DNA from: Callorhinchus milii
Taxonomy: Eukaryota
NCBI RefSeq assembly: GCF_018977255.1
Contig: NW_024704742.1
Span: forward strand, 45,758,001-45,822,000
Length of the DNA: 64,000 nucleotides
Direction of reading: 5' to 3'
Shown: positions 25,011-38,723 of the stretch, piece after piece
How the letters are laid out: the number at the start of each line of letters is the position of its first letter
Numbering within the stretch: the first letter of the stretch is position 1
Translations under genes and position numbers: made by a program
The notes under the pieces: model-generated
What the model was told of the DNA's origin: nothing
Database searches by the model: none
The model's input: the letters and a program-made list of their open reading frames with translations, nothing else

Positions 25011-26999
25011 TAAAATCCATCTGCTGTTCCGTCACCTATTCACTTAACTGGTTTACTGTTGAGGTTAGAAGCGTTGGTATAGCATCTGTGAATTTGCTGA
25101 TGGGTTCAGTCATGCTTATATATGTGCTACTGAGGCGTTAGAGGTGCTGATTTTGAAGTCGACAGCTTTGATGGCAGTTCTGGAGCTTCCAAAGGGATAT
25201 TTGAGTCAGTTGGGAAATTGTGAGTGTAAATGGCACCTCACTCCATGAACTTATCGCCTCTCTTTCTTATTTGAGTTTTAAATTGATCTTTGAGCAAGCT
25301 TTGCCTCATCTTCAAGTATGTGCCTCACGTCATTTGAAACAGATTGGCTTTCTTCATCCTTTAAGTCTTGTTTCACAGTTCAGTGTTGCTGGAGTCACTG
25401 CTATCTTATTCAGTCATTTTCATCTTTTGAATCATTTTACATGTCCCAGCCTGAAGGATAGTCTGGATATACTAGGATGTTAATTTAGCTTATTTGAAGC
25501 TCCTAACTGACTGGTAAAGACCAGTATCTGCCGAAGTATCTCAAAATATGGGCCAAGCTTGGAAATAGAATACAGAAATTTGGTAGTGCCATGGGATCTT
25601 TAATGTGCACCCAAACAGACTGAAAGGTCTCAATTTAATGTCATCATGCGAAGAATGGCACCTCTGACAACAATAGCAACAACAACTTGGATTTATATAG
25701 TGCCCTCCACGCTGGACAGCGTCTCAGAGTGTTGCAATGCACCCCCAGCGTTCCATTAGAGAGTCAGCTTAGACTGTGAGCTCAAAGTCTGGATTTGGCA
25801 TTTGAACGCAGAAATGGAGAATTAATTATGCTTTGACTTAACAATAAAAAAGTTGTCTATTGGATTTACTTGGAAATTGATTGAAGTTACCTCTGGTTCT
25901 AACAAATCAATTGCAACAATTTGCGACATTACATTAAAGTACACAAATGTTTTAATGTAGAAATGGAGTTTTCAAATACCACTGGCTATTTCAACAATAC
26001 AGTGCTGGAGAAAAGGGGATGCTGAAAGTCAAGGTATTTAAGGACATGTCTATGCAAATTGTACTATGTAAAGTATCAGGATGTTACCAGTAAAGCCATC
26101 AAGACCTTGTGTCCTTTAATAGAAAGGACTTCCAGTGCAATCTGTCCGATAAAGCGCTCTGGGACGCTAACCTGTGTGAGGGGCGCTATATAAATGCAAG
26201 TTGCTGTTATTGTAAAGGTAAATAGCTACATATGATTCTGAAGTTACCACTCTTTTATTCTTCTATTTGTCATGTCCACCAGCATCCTAAAGTAGTACTG
26301 TTCTTACTCTTCTATGCTATTTACTCTCGTTTGTAGCTGGGTATTAAGCTGGGTATTAATACACAGTTTCACACTGAAACCAATCATTTGTAGAAAGAAT
26401 TTCTCAGAACTCCAATAATTCCATAGCACCAGTAATTATATACAGTAATTATATTCTGTTTCGAATGATTTTCTTCATCCAGTGCTTATAATGTAACATC
26501 TTATGAGAGGATTCTATTCAGAAATCTTTTTGGGATGTCCTCTCGATGTGAAAGGTTCTATGCAAATGAAATTTTGTTGTTGTTTGTGCTGATGGCTGAT
26601 TTTCCTATTGTTCCATGAATTCTCAATTCCAAAACAAATGCTTACAAAAGCATTCTGTTTTCATGTGCACTTTTCTCTGCTTTTTAATGCAAAAGAGTTA
26701 AGTTGAAATGTGAAGAGAACTATAACCTTATGATGCTATCGACCAAAACAGATCTAAGGATGGAAAGCTTGGCAGTATTACTCTGGAACAGACTGTTTTT
26801 CAGTCCAGGAATTTAAGTTTGTTATTTCTTTCTCTTCTGAAAACTGTTGAGAATAGAAAAACTGAAACCACTAACAGTTGATCCAAGTTGGTAAAATTTG
26901 TGCTTATGAAAGTATTGATAGAGATGTGTCTGAGCTGTGGGCTGGTGGATAGTGGCAATGCTCTCATACATTTCATGCTAAGATGTGCTTTCCACCAGG

Positions 27000-27580
27000 A
27001 AGCTGACAGGGAGGCCCTGATAGCTACTGTCCACCTTGTGAGGGCTCAATCCTGTGCTTGATGGAAGTCCAATGATCGACTGGTGACCATCTTCTTTGTG
27101 GGGTTCGGAGCAAGTGGAGCTGATATGGTGAGATGGCTCTGAAGTGACATGCTTGGCAACAGTATGACAGAAATGAGCTAAACCTCGTTGGAGATCTCGG
27201 TAGTCTGCGGGTTGAGCCGGGTTTCCACAGCACTCCAGGGCATTGCTAATGTCAGATTAGCCAGCGAGACATGTTGGTAGGATGTGGAAGGGCAGACCTG
27301 TCACTGGGAGCAGGGATTCTTTTCACTCAACCCTGCAAGCCAATGCCCTATTAGGTAGAGTGGTCCAAGCTGAACAAGCAATGGAAAGCTTCCTAGATAG
27401 CACTCTCAATAGCAAGCAAGATGCATCCCTCCAGGAAGAGAGTGTGATTTCCATTCCAGATACAGGGAAATTTCCAAGTGTAGATGGCATAGATATGTAA
27501 ATCTCTGTCTGGTTTGGATACTCCGAATGGTCATATTTTTTNGCAGGTGTCAGATGCCCAGATGAACGAAAAATATATTT
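27000..27580 (+). repeat. Unclassified old dispersed repeat (longest of at least 6 copies)
   Basis: Shared core ttccagatacagggaaatttccaagtgtagatggc..tctggtttggata also at ~2855-3095, 44640-44760 (-), 45930-46340, 51010-51185, 57055-57420. Confidence 0.75.
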
Positions 27581-28199
27581 CCTGAGTTTGAATATTCACA
27601 TGAAGACAAGGCTGACAGTCATTCACATGATATTTAAAAAAGGACTTGTGTTGAGGAGAAAGCAATCTGTAGCAAATCAATACAATAGAAATATTGCATC
27701 AAAATATTAAAACTTCAGCTGGGATTGAGGCAGGGAATAATGAGCAAAATACAATATAACCCTTTTTGTTCTTTAAAAGAAGCGGATCATTTCAGTTAGA
27801 TGCTTGGCAAAAGTAAGCAACACTGAGGCTTTGAGTACAAAAAGAAATATAGCAACAATAATTTACACATATAAATGTCTGCAGAAAACATCTTAAAATG
27901 CTTTACAGAGACAGTAGAGTGGGAGACCAGGGTGGCTGGAAGATAAGGGATGAAGGAGGGAGGTGGCCAAAGGTGCAGTCAAACAGAAAGGTTTTTAGAT
28001 GGGTTTTGAAAGCAAAGCGAGAGAGAAGCTGAGAGGAAGGAGCGTAGGTGGGAGGTGACAACACAAAAATAACACGCACAACTAAAATAATTTGGTAAAT
28101 CTGTTTCAGCATTGCAGGGCTTTAGCTAAACAATTACCAAAAAAAGTCAACACAAGAAAACTGCATTTCTCTCAACTTAAAAGAATTAGTGGGTTAAAG

Positions 28200-28885
28200 G
28201 GGGAGTTGGCATCGACAAGATAGGTTGACTAACACGAAAGTGACTGAATTAAACACCAGTGGGTGGATACTATGGCATGTCCAAGTGTCAGGTTTGGAAA
28301 TGGACACTGATGATTGAGTGAAAGAAAGGGTATCCAATGCCATGTTTGAAAAATAACAATTTGCAATGTATTATTAATTCTGTCTGCTAAACATTACATG
28401 GATTTAAAGTGAAGAAAACATTTTTTTTCTGGTATGAGAAGAGAAAAGCATCCTGGGATACAATTTAAAGTGCAATCTTGTATGCAAGAGAAAATCAGTT
28501 TACTAAACTGGCAGGACATAGCTGCTGTGATTCCAGATGCTTTTCTTTGGCCCATTGGATGATGATAATTCCTGTCAGTATGTGGGGTTTGAACAAATGA
28601 AGAATGTTTAGCTATGATGACACGCTGGGTAGACAGGGTTTATATTTGTTGCAGTACAGGAAGGTTAAGGTGTGATTTGTTTGAGGTATTTAAAGTAATG
28701 AAAAGGATTGAAAACATAGATAGCGGAGAGATCCATTTCAAGAGGGCATGGACTGAAAATCAGAAGTAAGATAGAAACTAAAAACTAGGTCAGGAAACAT
28801 TTCTTCACAAAGAGGTTTGTGAAAATGTGAAATGCTTTGTCCCAGCTATAGAGGCAGAAATAATAGGGATGTTCAAAACAGATTC
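28200..28885 (+). mobile_element. Highly decayed CR1 fragment
   Basis: aggttaaggtgtgatttgtttgaggtatttaaagtaatg, ggaaacatttcttcacaaagagg (RLRGDLIEVFKIM / FFTQRVV-like). Confidence 0.55.
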
Positions 28886-28969
28886 GACCATCGTCTGTCC
28901 GTCCCCCACCACCTCTTTTTGCTATGTTAGTCAGGTAAGTTTGAATAAATTACAGCCGATTTCAAAATG

Positions 28970-29262
28970 TCTTGCTTCACGTCCCCTGTCTTGCCTGCCC
29001 CACAATTGGCCTTCAACCACTTTGCCCCCACCCTCTGGAACTCCTTCTCACAGTCACTCCAGCTCCCTCCGTCCCTTGCCTCCTTCAAGACCCATCTCAA
29101 GACCCTCCTCTTCGATCGTGCCTTTGATCACCCTCCTTCCCCTCCTCCCCTCCACCCTCCCTGATCCCGAACCCCCAGCTTGGGTCTGAAACACTGTTTC
29201 TCCAGCATTTTTGGACGTCCTTCTGACGTGAAAGGCATTGTACAAATGTAATTTTGTTGTTG
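28970..29262 (+). mobile_element. L2 3' fragment (followed by a SINE tail to ~29345)
   Basis: APTLWNS..FKTHLKTLLFDRAF; stem-loop and tail. Confidence 0.85.
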
Positions 29263-30774
29263 TATTCTGTGAAGCGCTTTGGAGTGTCTAGAAGACATGA
29301 TAAGGCGCTATATCAAATGCAAAAGGATTATTATTATTCTATTATTATTTTGAATTGGGTTCGTACCATAGACAGCCCTGAACTGCACAAAACAATCAGT
29401 TTATTGTATTTCACCAGAGTTCACTGTGTGGTGCTGCTGGAATCATAGGATAGAATCATTGAATTTTACATCAATCACAGATCTCATCCGAAGGACCGCA
29501 CCTCCCACATTGCAGCACAATCACAGCACTACATTAGCGCATCAACTTAGACTATGTGATTGCAAGTTCCGGCACGGGGCCTTGAACCCACAAGCTTCTG
29601 ACTCAGAGGTGAGAGTGCTTCCACCACGCCAAGCTGACACACTATAAAAGGCAGTCAATTTGGGTCCAGTAATGTGCCACTAACAGCCACAAAGTTAACA
29701 GCTAATTTTATCTGGCAGATTGCTGGCTAGGACACTGTGTGAAATCCCCTTTTTATGTTTTAAAAAAAATGTTTATTAGTTGTGTGCAGCCACACGAGCT
29801 TTGGAGCTCAGATTGTTAATATCTGTTTCATTACAGCAACACGCTGAAGACCCCAAGGCCACAGATACAATGAGCTGAAATGTAATCATTCCTTAACCTG
29901 TGTTTCCTATTACACTTTGATCAAAGGGGAAACTCTGCAAAAAATCAGGGTGGTAAAAGATTGATTATAGTCTGATTCAGCATGTAATCATTCCCTTCTG
30001 CTTTCTCAGCATGAATCGTTTCCTGGGAGGATAAATTGCCATCTGATAGCAATATGGTTGGGTTAAAATCTAACAGTATCCAGTTATAGAATGCATAATG
30101 CCTCACATTTCTTTCATTAGGAGGCTATTGTATCTTACTGTGCAATCCATCTTGCTCTGACTATCTGAGTATGGTGAAAACAATTGCAATGTGGCAAGTC
30201 TATGTTACTGCAAGTGAACGCAAACCTTATTCATCTGCCTAATGCCATGTATCCATTATTGTTAACCTTGATTTTTTGGGGGAGAAACAGAGTTTATAAA
30301 TTATAGAAGAAACTGGAAGTGACACCAATCCCAGTCCCTTTATCTCTTCTTTTCATACTTACTTGTTCACAAATTAAGATGACACATGTTTTTCAAGTTC
30401 ATGACCTATAATGGGTATAAAATAAACCTTTATGTTGACTTTACTTTATGCTGACCCTATTTGACCAACCAGGTGACTATCCCTGTGGAGGGGCAGGTAA
30501 ACAGAGTGTCCTTTGGCGGTACCTGAGCCGGCCTCTAAGGTGATGTACTTGACAACAGAATGTCGAAATCAAGTCAATCGTCTGTGACAATCTCAGTATT
30601 CTAGGGTAGGTGATGCGTTTTTGCATCTGTTAGACACCTAGCTGAACAAAAAGAAAATTATTTGCAATTTCCACTGTCCCTTCTTTATTAGATATAAGGG
30701 TCTTGCAAAAATGATAAAGGATTTTTGACATGCTATTCAATTATTATAATTATATTGTATTTATTGTCTGACAA

Positions 30775-30918
30775 ATAATAATAATCCTTGCATTTGATAT
30801 AGCGCCTTATCACCTAATCTAGACGTCTCAAAGCGCTTCACAGAATTTACTGTAAAGTGAATTGACTATATATTTATGGGTGAAACACGGCAGCCAATTG
30901 CGCACAGCAGTGTCCCCA
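30775..30918 (-). mobile_element. SINE 3' fragment
   Basis: ataatccttgcatttgatatagcgcc...cagccaattgcgcacagca. Confidence 0.8.
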
Positions 30919-32459
30919 TGCTGACATAATTCTACTGTAAGATTCTGACACACAGTAATTTTTGCAAGAGTTATTAGTCTATACGTTCTTGGAATGGGGA
31001 AATAAAGCTGTCCAGTTTTATATTTCAGAAAAAAAACTAATTCTGCTGCCTAAGAAAGATTTTTAAATTTATTCAGAGTAGATCTAAATGATTTCAATGT
31101 CAAAAGACTAAAGTTATAGCAAATGTGTGGAAGACTATTGGGCAACTTTGAATGAGATCAACTTTACCTCCCAATAATTACCTAAACTGATGGATTTGTG
31201 ACACTGTGTGGAAGATTTATTATGTCCTAAAATAAAGATGGGTACAAAAATAACCCAAACCTAAATTTTCATTCAATTACATTTTTGGATGAGTGACACA
31301 ATGGATAAAAAACTGAAATATTCTCTTCAATAATTTCTGAATTTCTTAATTTAATAATGTTTGACCTCAACAAACTGCCAATTACTGCAATCTTTTTGTT
31401 CTCAATAACATTATTGGAACAGACCGTGACATCTTGTGACATTTCATTTTCATTTTCAACAGCCCACAAACAAGCAGAAACTAAATAACCTATTTTACCT
31501 TAAGTGTTGTATTTGGCCTCGAGTAGTCCTCACGCTCTCCTTTTCCAACAGTAAATTTTGGTTCCATCCCTAAACCTGACAATTACAGTTCTCAGCGAAT
31601 AATATGTCATAGATGTACTATACTGTACTGATTGGACGTTTAATAATTATACAAAGTTAACAGTTACCTTAATTTTATGAGAAAAAGAGTGTATGTAATA
31701 TTAGAGTCAGGACCCATTTCTTTGCCTGAAGCATGTGTTATCTTAGATACTCTTCTGAGACTAGTATTAAATCTGTCCACTTGGGGCATTTCACTTCCTG
31801 TTTTTTATTGTATGGCATTTAGTTTGTTCAGTTATGGTCATGAGCTGGGATGTTTCAGACAGTGCTGACTCCCTGGTGGATGTTTCGTATCTTAGCCTGT
31901 GGTGTTAGCTGTTGAGACAGCACCTTTTACACTTCCTCCCCAGGCATTCTCTGAATTTCTATTCGAACCACTTCAGACACATTCTTTTTCTAACCTTTGG
32001 CTTTATTGCTGTAATCACATCCACCGCCTTCTGAGCCACACAGTAAAAAGAAAGTCTGTGTGGAAATCTTTGCATTGAACCTAATTGATTGCTTGATGCA
32101 TGTGGCTGCTTCCATCACTCTTTAATTATGGCGAATGTTCTTTTTAAATTACAGTTCTGTTAGTTTAATTAACAGAATCAGAAGGAGAAACCATACTACG
32201 AAATACAATAACCTTAAAGCTCCCTTTACAATAAACAGAGGATGTCTTATATCATGAATTAGTTTCCATGCTTTCACCTATTCCATTCTGCAATATGCCA
32301 GGCACTGTCATATTTACCCTCTGTTTGTCCCTTCTTCCCCATGGAATACCTTGCTTTACACATTCTCTTGATGACATGGCCAAAGCATGTTGTGAATGTG
32401 GGCACAAACCTGTGTCCTCTATTCCTTGGCATAATGCCAATCTAGCAAATTAAAAAATT

Positions 32460-32748
32460 GCCTTCGTTCCTCCGGGTCTGGCCTCCTCCTTGCAGTCCTC
32501 CGCTCCACGCTTGGCGGCCGTACCTTCAGCCACTATGCCCCGAGACTCTGGAACTCCCTTCCTCACTCCCTTTGCCTCGTTCCCTCCCTTCCTATTTTCA
32601 GGTCTCTGTTGAAGATCTTTCTTTTCGACTGCGCCTTTGGTCACCTTCCTCCCCCTCCCCCTGGCTTGTTCCCGGGATCCGTTGCTGTGAAGCGCTCTGA
32701 GACGCCGTCCGGCGTGGAGGGCGCTATATAAATCCAAGTTGTTGTTGA
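32460..32748 (+). mobile_element. L2 3' fragment, second family
   Basis: Tail agcgctctgagacgccgtccggcgtggagggcgctatataaatccaagttgttg. Confidence 0.85.
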
Positions 32749-33124
32749 TGTATTACCTGTTCTTCAAGGCTCAATATCTGGTTTTGTATCAATGGCATGC
32801 CTCTTAAATAATAATATAATTACATTTTTAATCTGACTATCATGGTCAGAAAGACTTCCCAAAGCTTTTCCCTCAAAATACTAAACTAAGATGAAACAAT
32901 TTTCTCTTCTTTAACCCCAAACCATCTTTCCACTCAAAATATCAACAACACTCATTCAGTCCCGTATCTAAACCAAAGAGTTTGCATATGTTCTAAATTT
33001 AAATTTTAAACTTCATATTTTTGTTGAACAGGCTATTTCTGTATGTTTTCATTGAATCTTCGTAACCTTATCAATGGTTCACTGCCAAATGTGCAGTATA
33101 ATTTGAAAATGTGCAAATTAAAGA

Positions 33125-33800
33125 TGTCAGCCTTTTTCAGCTGATAGCACTCTGACCCCTGAGTCAGAAGGCTGTAGAATCAAGCCCTGCGCCAGGACTT
33201 TAAATTCATGTCGGCTGAACCTCCAATGCAGTGACGGAGTTATGCTGCAATGGAATCATGGAAATGTACAGCACAGAGGAAAGTCATTCGGCCCATTGTG
33301 TCAGTGCAGGCTATTTTAAGAGCAATCATTTCAGTCCCATTTAACTGCCCTTTTCCAATCCTCTGTAGTTTACTCCTTTTTAAAAAATGATTGAGTTCCC
33401 TCTTGAATCATTAATATGGGTCATATTCAACCATTGTTCTCAACATAGTATTCCATACCCTATACTACTCTGTGTGTGAAAAAAAATCTTCCAACCTCCC
33501 CATTTGCTCATTTGCTTACTATCTTAAATTGATGCATTCTAATAACAACTCACTGCTCATTGCTTGAAATGCCACCCTTCGGATGAAATGTTTAACTGAG
33601 GTCCCAAGGCAGGACTTGAAAAGTGAAGGGAGTTTCTCCCAGTGTCTCAATCTACAATCCCAGATAAAATTGCCATTCATCTCATAGCTGTTTGTAGGAC
33701 TTTCTTGTGTGAAAATTTGCTGCCAAATTCACCTCAACATACAGTCATACACATTACACAAATCCTGTGAAGCACTTAGAGATTGCCTTCTCATGTGAAT
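33125..33800 (+). mobile_element. Old DeuSINE-type copy interrupted by a minus-strand CR1-type 3' fragment (~33253-33560)
   Basis: Head tgagtcagaaggctgtagaatcaagccc; body resumes at atgccacccttcggatgaaatgtttaactgagg. Confidence 0.6.
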
Positions 33801-36800
33801 GGCACACTTGAGTCCTGCTCATAACATAAACTGCAGGAGATGGTTTCAAGAGCAGAGAAATTCATACCAATGCAACAGGAACACAGCTGGTACAAATGGC
33901 ACAATGCTCAGTTGGTTTCTGAGGTCAATTCGAAGGTCATATAGTCTCCAAATTGAGTATTCTAAGGAGGCTTGCACCCATCAGGAAGAACAAAATTTCA
34001 GTCGGGCTTGGATTTAAATTCAGCTAAAAGCGATAAAGGTACAGTATAGTGACTCGCAATGGCATTCAGCCGCATTAAGAAGTTGCAAATTTGACAAAAT
34101 CCAGTGCTGTAATCAATCTGAAGCAAGATCATTCTAGTTCAGTTCATTTAATGTTCACTAAACTTGGTTAGGTTCCAATACAGTAAACACCAAATCCATA
34201 GCCTTTTTGCTCCAATCTGTGCAGACTGATCTGCACTTCCCAAATGTACATATATAACCAGTTCAGTATTTCTATCATAATAATTCTGAAACTGGCTCCA
34301 GTGGTAGAGAAAATACAATTACTTGGGAGCAATCATCTTTTATTTGTAGCTATGGTAATACAGTAGTTTATGGAAATTGCTCATCTTTGATTTTCAACCA
34401 ATCTGTTCAGTACATATTTTTAAACCGGAATCAAGCATTGCTTTTAATAAAAATAATCCTTTTGATATAGCATTGTCGAGATAACTCAAAGCGCTTCACA
34501 GGATATACAATAAGTGGTTTGACTGTATATTTTGAGGGCAAAATCATTTCAGCTAGATATCAAGAACCACTTTCACTAATGCCAGATCTCATGGCAGTGC
34601 ACGGGTTATGATCATTGCCAGTTTATGTATCATATGTTGAAAATCAATCCTTTACTCCTGGTTATCAAAATAATATTGATATTTATGATTAGATTTTTTC
34701 ATGCAATCTTATGATTCTTATATACTATAATATGACACTGTTTGCATTTGTGGAAGCTCTGTTTATTGAAAGAGGAATTTTAAGGTCTAACCTTAACGTG
34801 CCAGTCTCCTCCTAACATCCTGTTTCGAACTATCTTAATAAAAAAAATGATATATGGTCTGACTTTTACCTCTTCTTCCTAAATGCTGAGTTTAAAGGTC
34901 AAAGGATGAAAGAGTCCATGGACAGTGCACTCACACCAACAGTTGTAAAAATGCTAATAACCTTGGCAACAGTTCCACGGCTATTAGGAATGCTATAAGC
35001 CACAGATAAAGAGCGAGCAAATGTTTTCCTTATTAGTATTCTGTAAAGCGAAGAGGTTCAGAAATACTCTGAAATATCTGTGAAGATTTGCAAAACTGCC
35101 ATTTATTTTCAAATTATTGGATTACCAATTGACCAGGAAAGGAATGACGTTTTGTAGATTATGTAATTTTGCAACCCGAAGACGCATTTTGCTATTCTCA
35201 AGAAATACACAAGTTATAACTAAGACTTGCTTGCATATGTTCCAGGGGCATGGCCTTGTCGAAAAGATTATCCATGCAACTCCAAGCTTCCGCAGATTAA
35301 GTTCTGGAATAGTCTGAACCTAACAGTTTGAAGCTATCCATTAAAGACCCATTACAGCATTTAAAAAAGGGATAATGTTACTGGGATGTTAACTTTCATG
35401 GGAAAGGAAAAAAAAGAAAGTTCTCTTGTAATCTATTAGCAACAATCAATAGTAAGCACATAAAGGTGATCTGCAAAAGTATAGATCCTGCATCAATTAT
35501 TTGAAAGACAATGAGAGATCATTTTGTACAAAGGGAAATTTGGAGATATCTTCTTGACTTTTTTTTACATAAAACACCCTCTCCCTCAACCTCTCCCAAC
35601 CTAGGTGACTTCAACTTTCACTTCAACCCCTCCTGCTCTACCTCTACTGACATCTCCTCCCTCCCCTCCTCCCTCAACCTCTCCCTCCACATCCGCTCCA
35701 CCACCCATGTCAGTGGTTACACCTTCGACCTGGTGATCACTCAGGGCCTCACCGTCTCGGACCTCCCCATCATCGACAAAGTCATCTTGGATCATCACTT
35801 CATCTCCCTTAACTCCTCAATCCCTCTCCCCACTGCTACCCAATCCACCTCCTCCATGCCTGGAAAACAACCTCTGCCCCCCCAGCTCCCACTCTCTTCT
35901 CTCTGCTGCCTTAGATCATCTGAACTTCTTCCACTCTGGGCTTCCTCCCGCAATGATGTATCCTCCTTGGTTACTCTTCTTCACAAATCCCTCTCCACCA
36001 CTCTCGATGCCCTTGCTCCCCACACCTCCCAAACTGTCTCCTATTCATAAAAGTCATCCTCGTACACAAGCCACCACTACTCCCTTCTTGCACAGGTGTG
36101 TGCCGCTGAACGCACCTGGCTCAAATCCAACTTAACGGTCCATTGGCATATCTGGCTGGACCTTATCAAATCTTACCACTCCACTCTCGCCTCTGCTAAA
36201 TCGTTGTTCTATTCCAAGATATTCTTGGAAGCCAAGTACAACCCCAGGCTCCTTTTCTCCATCACCAACCATCTCCTTCACCCATCCTTTCATGCCTTGC
36301 CCATCCACTCCTCCAATGCCAACTGCGAGGTTATGCTGGACTTCCTCAAAACCAAAGTCGAGGGGATCTGCTCAGCTGCCTCTGTCCTTCCATCTACTAC
36401 CCCCTCCCCATTTCCCCCTTGCATCCTGGCCCCTATCCATCCCTCCCTCCACACCTTTGAACCTGTCTCACACTTCTCTCTCACCACCACTATAACCTGC
36501 ATGAAACCAACCACCTGCTCCCTCGAACCCATCCCTACCCTTCTCCTTACCTCCCAGCTTCATCTCCTTGTCCCTCTACTCACATACACCTCTCCCTGTC
36601 CACTGGCACCATTCTCACCCTTTAAAAACAGACACCATCACTCCTATCCTTAGAAAACCCTCCTTGGACTCATCCCTGCTCTCAAACTACCGCTCCATCT
36701 CCAAACATCCTTTCCTTTCCAAGGTCCTGGAGCCAGTTGTTACTTCCCAGCTTTGCTCCTTCCTCTCCCACCATTCCCTTCACGAACCCCGCCAATCGGA

Positions 36801-37266
36801 TTTGTGTGCAACCCACAGCACAGAAACAGCATTGTTCAAAGTGACAAAAGACATTCGGTCCATCTGTGACCAGGACTCCATCTGCCTCATCGTTCTCCTT
36901 GACCTCTCTGCTGCCTTCGACACTGTTGACCACTCTATCCTTCGCCACTACCTCTCCTTTCACCTCATCCTTTATGGTTCTGTCCTTCAATGGTTAAGAT
37001 CCTATATCTCACATCGTCTCCACTTCATCTCCATAAACAGTTTCTCCTCTAGTCCCCGCAATGTCTCATGTGGCATTCCTCAGGACCCTGTCCTTGGTCC
37101 AGTTCTCTTCAATATCTATATGCTCCCTCTTGGTGACACCATCCGCAAACAGGGGTCAATTTCCACGTGTATGTGAATGACACCCAACTCTATCTCTCTG
37201 CCTCCACCCTCGACTCCAGGACCACTGCTGTCCTGACACAATGTCTGTCCGATATCAAGTGCTGGA

Positions 37267-37994
37267 TGTTAGAAAATAAAATCAGCCAAATCTGTAAGGA
37301 AATAACGCTAATTCCTCTACCCAGATATCAGACTGTTTTATTATTATTCGTTCGTTATTCCCCAATATCCCGATGGGTCAGACCAAAGGCCGGTACAATC
37401 AACAGACCTTATAACAGAAAAACACCACTATAGATATCTCGAGTTCAAGAGTTCAACACTGTGTCTTTCCAGCACACAAGCTTGATTCTTCATGCTTTCA
37501 GTCTTCTTGCTTACAGCTTTCAATCTTCCATCTGATATCCTCAGTCTTAGTGTTTCCAGCTCTCAGTCTTCCATCTCCGTACCCTTGTCTCCGCAGCCCG
37601 GGATGGCCCCATATCCTTGGCTCCGCGACCCGGGACAGCTCCATCTCCTGTATCCTTGTCTCCATGACCCGGGACGGCTCCATCTCCCGTATCCTTGTCT
37701 CCGTGACCCGGGACGGCCCCGTACACAAAGTTATCGGAACTCTTATACCAATGTTCATCCAATCATGGTGCGGACATTAGATCACCTGTCGAAATCATGC
37801 CGGGTTCACGTGAACACCTCATGGGGTGTACGTGCCTCACACACACAAACACACTGTCCTTGAGACAGTCCGTTATCTCGTGTACATGCAGGGAGTTTCA
37901 GTCCAGCTGCCCACAACACACTTAACTTAAAAGTTAACCCGTTCGCAACATCTATTGTGATTCTAACATTATACAAAAAGTGTAAATTCTAACA
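37267..37994 (-). repeat. 3' LTR
   Basis: Direct repeat of 38724-39458, preceded on the minus strand by the PPT. Confidence 0.9.
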
Positions 37995-38005
37995 GTCCCC
38001 ACCTT
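37995..38005 (-). other. Polypurine tract
   Basis: Minus strand AAGGTGGGGAC abutting the TG of the 3' LTR. Confidence 0.75.
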
Positions 38006-38699
38006 GATACCGAATGAACATGAGATATCACAAAATTACAAAAAGAATATAATACAAAATCAGAAAAATAATACAAGGTTACACAACCTGATAGTACAAG
38101 AAGACAGATAATACAAAGTCAGAAAAATAGTACAAGGTCACACAACCTGGGAGGGAGGATGGTACTTCCAGGAGGCAAACTCTCTTAATGAGCTTCACAG
38201 TTTCACAGCTCAGTCGTAAGGTTATTTCCAGCGATCACAGTCACAATTGAAATACAACAACATTCAATTACTGTCGGACCTGGTCCCTCTCCTTACCCGG
38301 AGGTAATAGAGGATTTCCCACTGACTGTTCGAACGCCCGAAAGTTACTCCATCACTTACGCAATTTCCACATCGACACACAATATATCAACATATTCGAA
38401 TGTCGTTCACACGCACATCAGCGCACTTAAATGCCTGGTGCGATCGCCAGCGTACTCAAATGCCTGACCGTTATCGAAGCTTGGTCCCGACTACACCTTA
38501 GTGTGGCACCCACAGCTTACTCAAAACTACTGTCCTCTACTTGATATATTCAAACATTCAAGGAGACAATCACAAACTTCCTAGGTAATATAGTCAAATA
38601 TTCAGCTTTAAAAACAATCAGACGTTGATGTATTCAAACATGCAACATCATTAAACGTTCGTCAAGGCTTGATTGTACCTCCCTTGTGTGTTTACTGGG

Positions 38700-38719
38700 G
38701 AATCCTGCCGACTACGCCA
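38700..38719 (-). other. Primer binding site complementary to tRNA-Ser 3' end
   Basis: Minus strand TGGCGTAGTCGGCAGGATTC, 4 nt from the LTR; plus strand matches the vertebrate tRNA-Ser end GAATCCTGCCGACTACGCCA. Confidence 0.88.
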
Positions 38720-38723
38720 AAAC

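Noticed and set aside
37570..37720. CRISPR-like array or repetitive ORFs (PGHGDKDTGDGAV)
   Set aside because: Contiguous 39-bp tandem units with no unique spacers, inside an LTR; the ORFs arise because the unit length is a multiple of 3
38700..38719. tRNA-Ser fragment as a tRNA gene
   Set aside because: Only the 3' 20 nt including CCA, next to an LTR: a primer binding site
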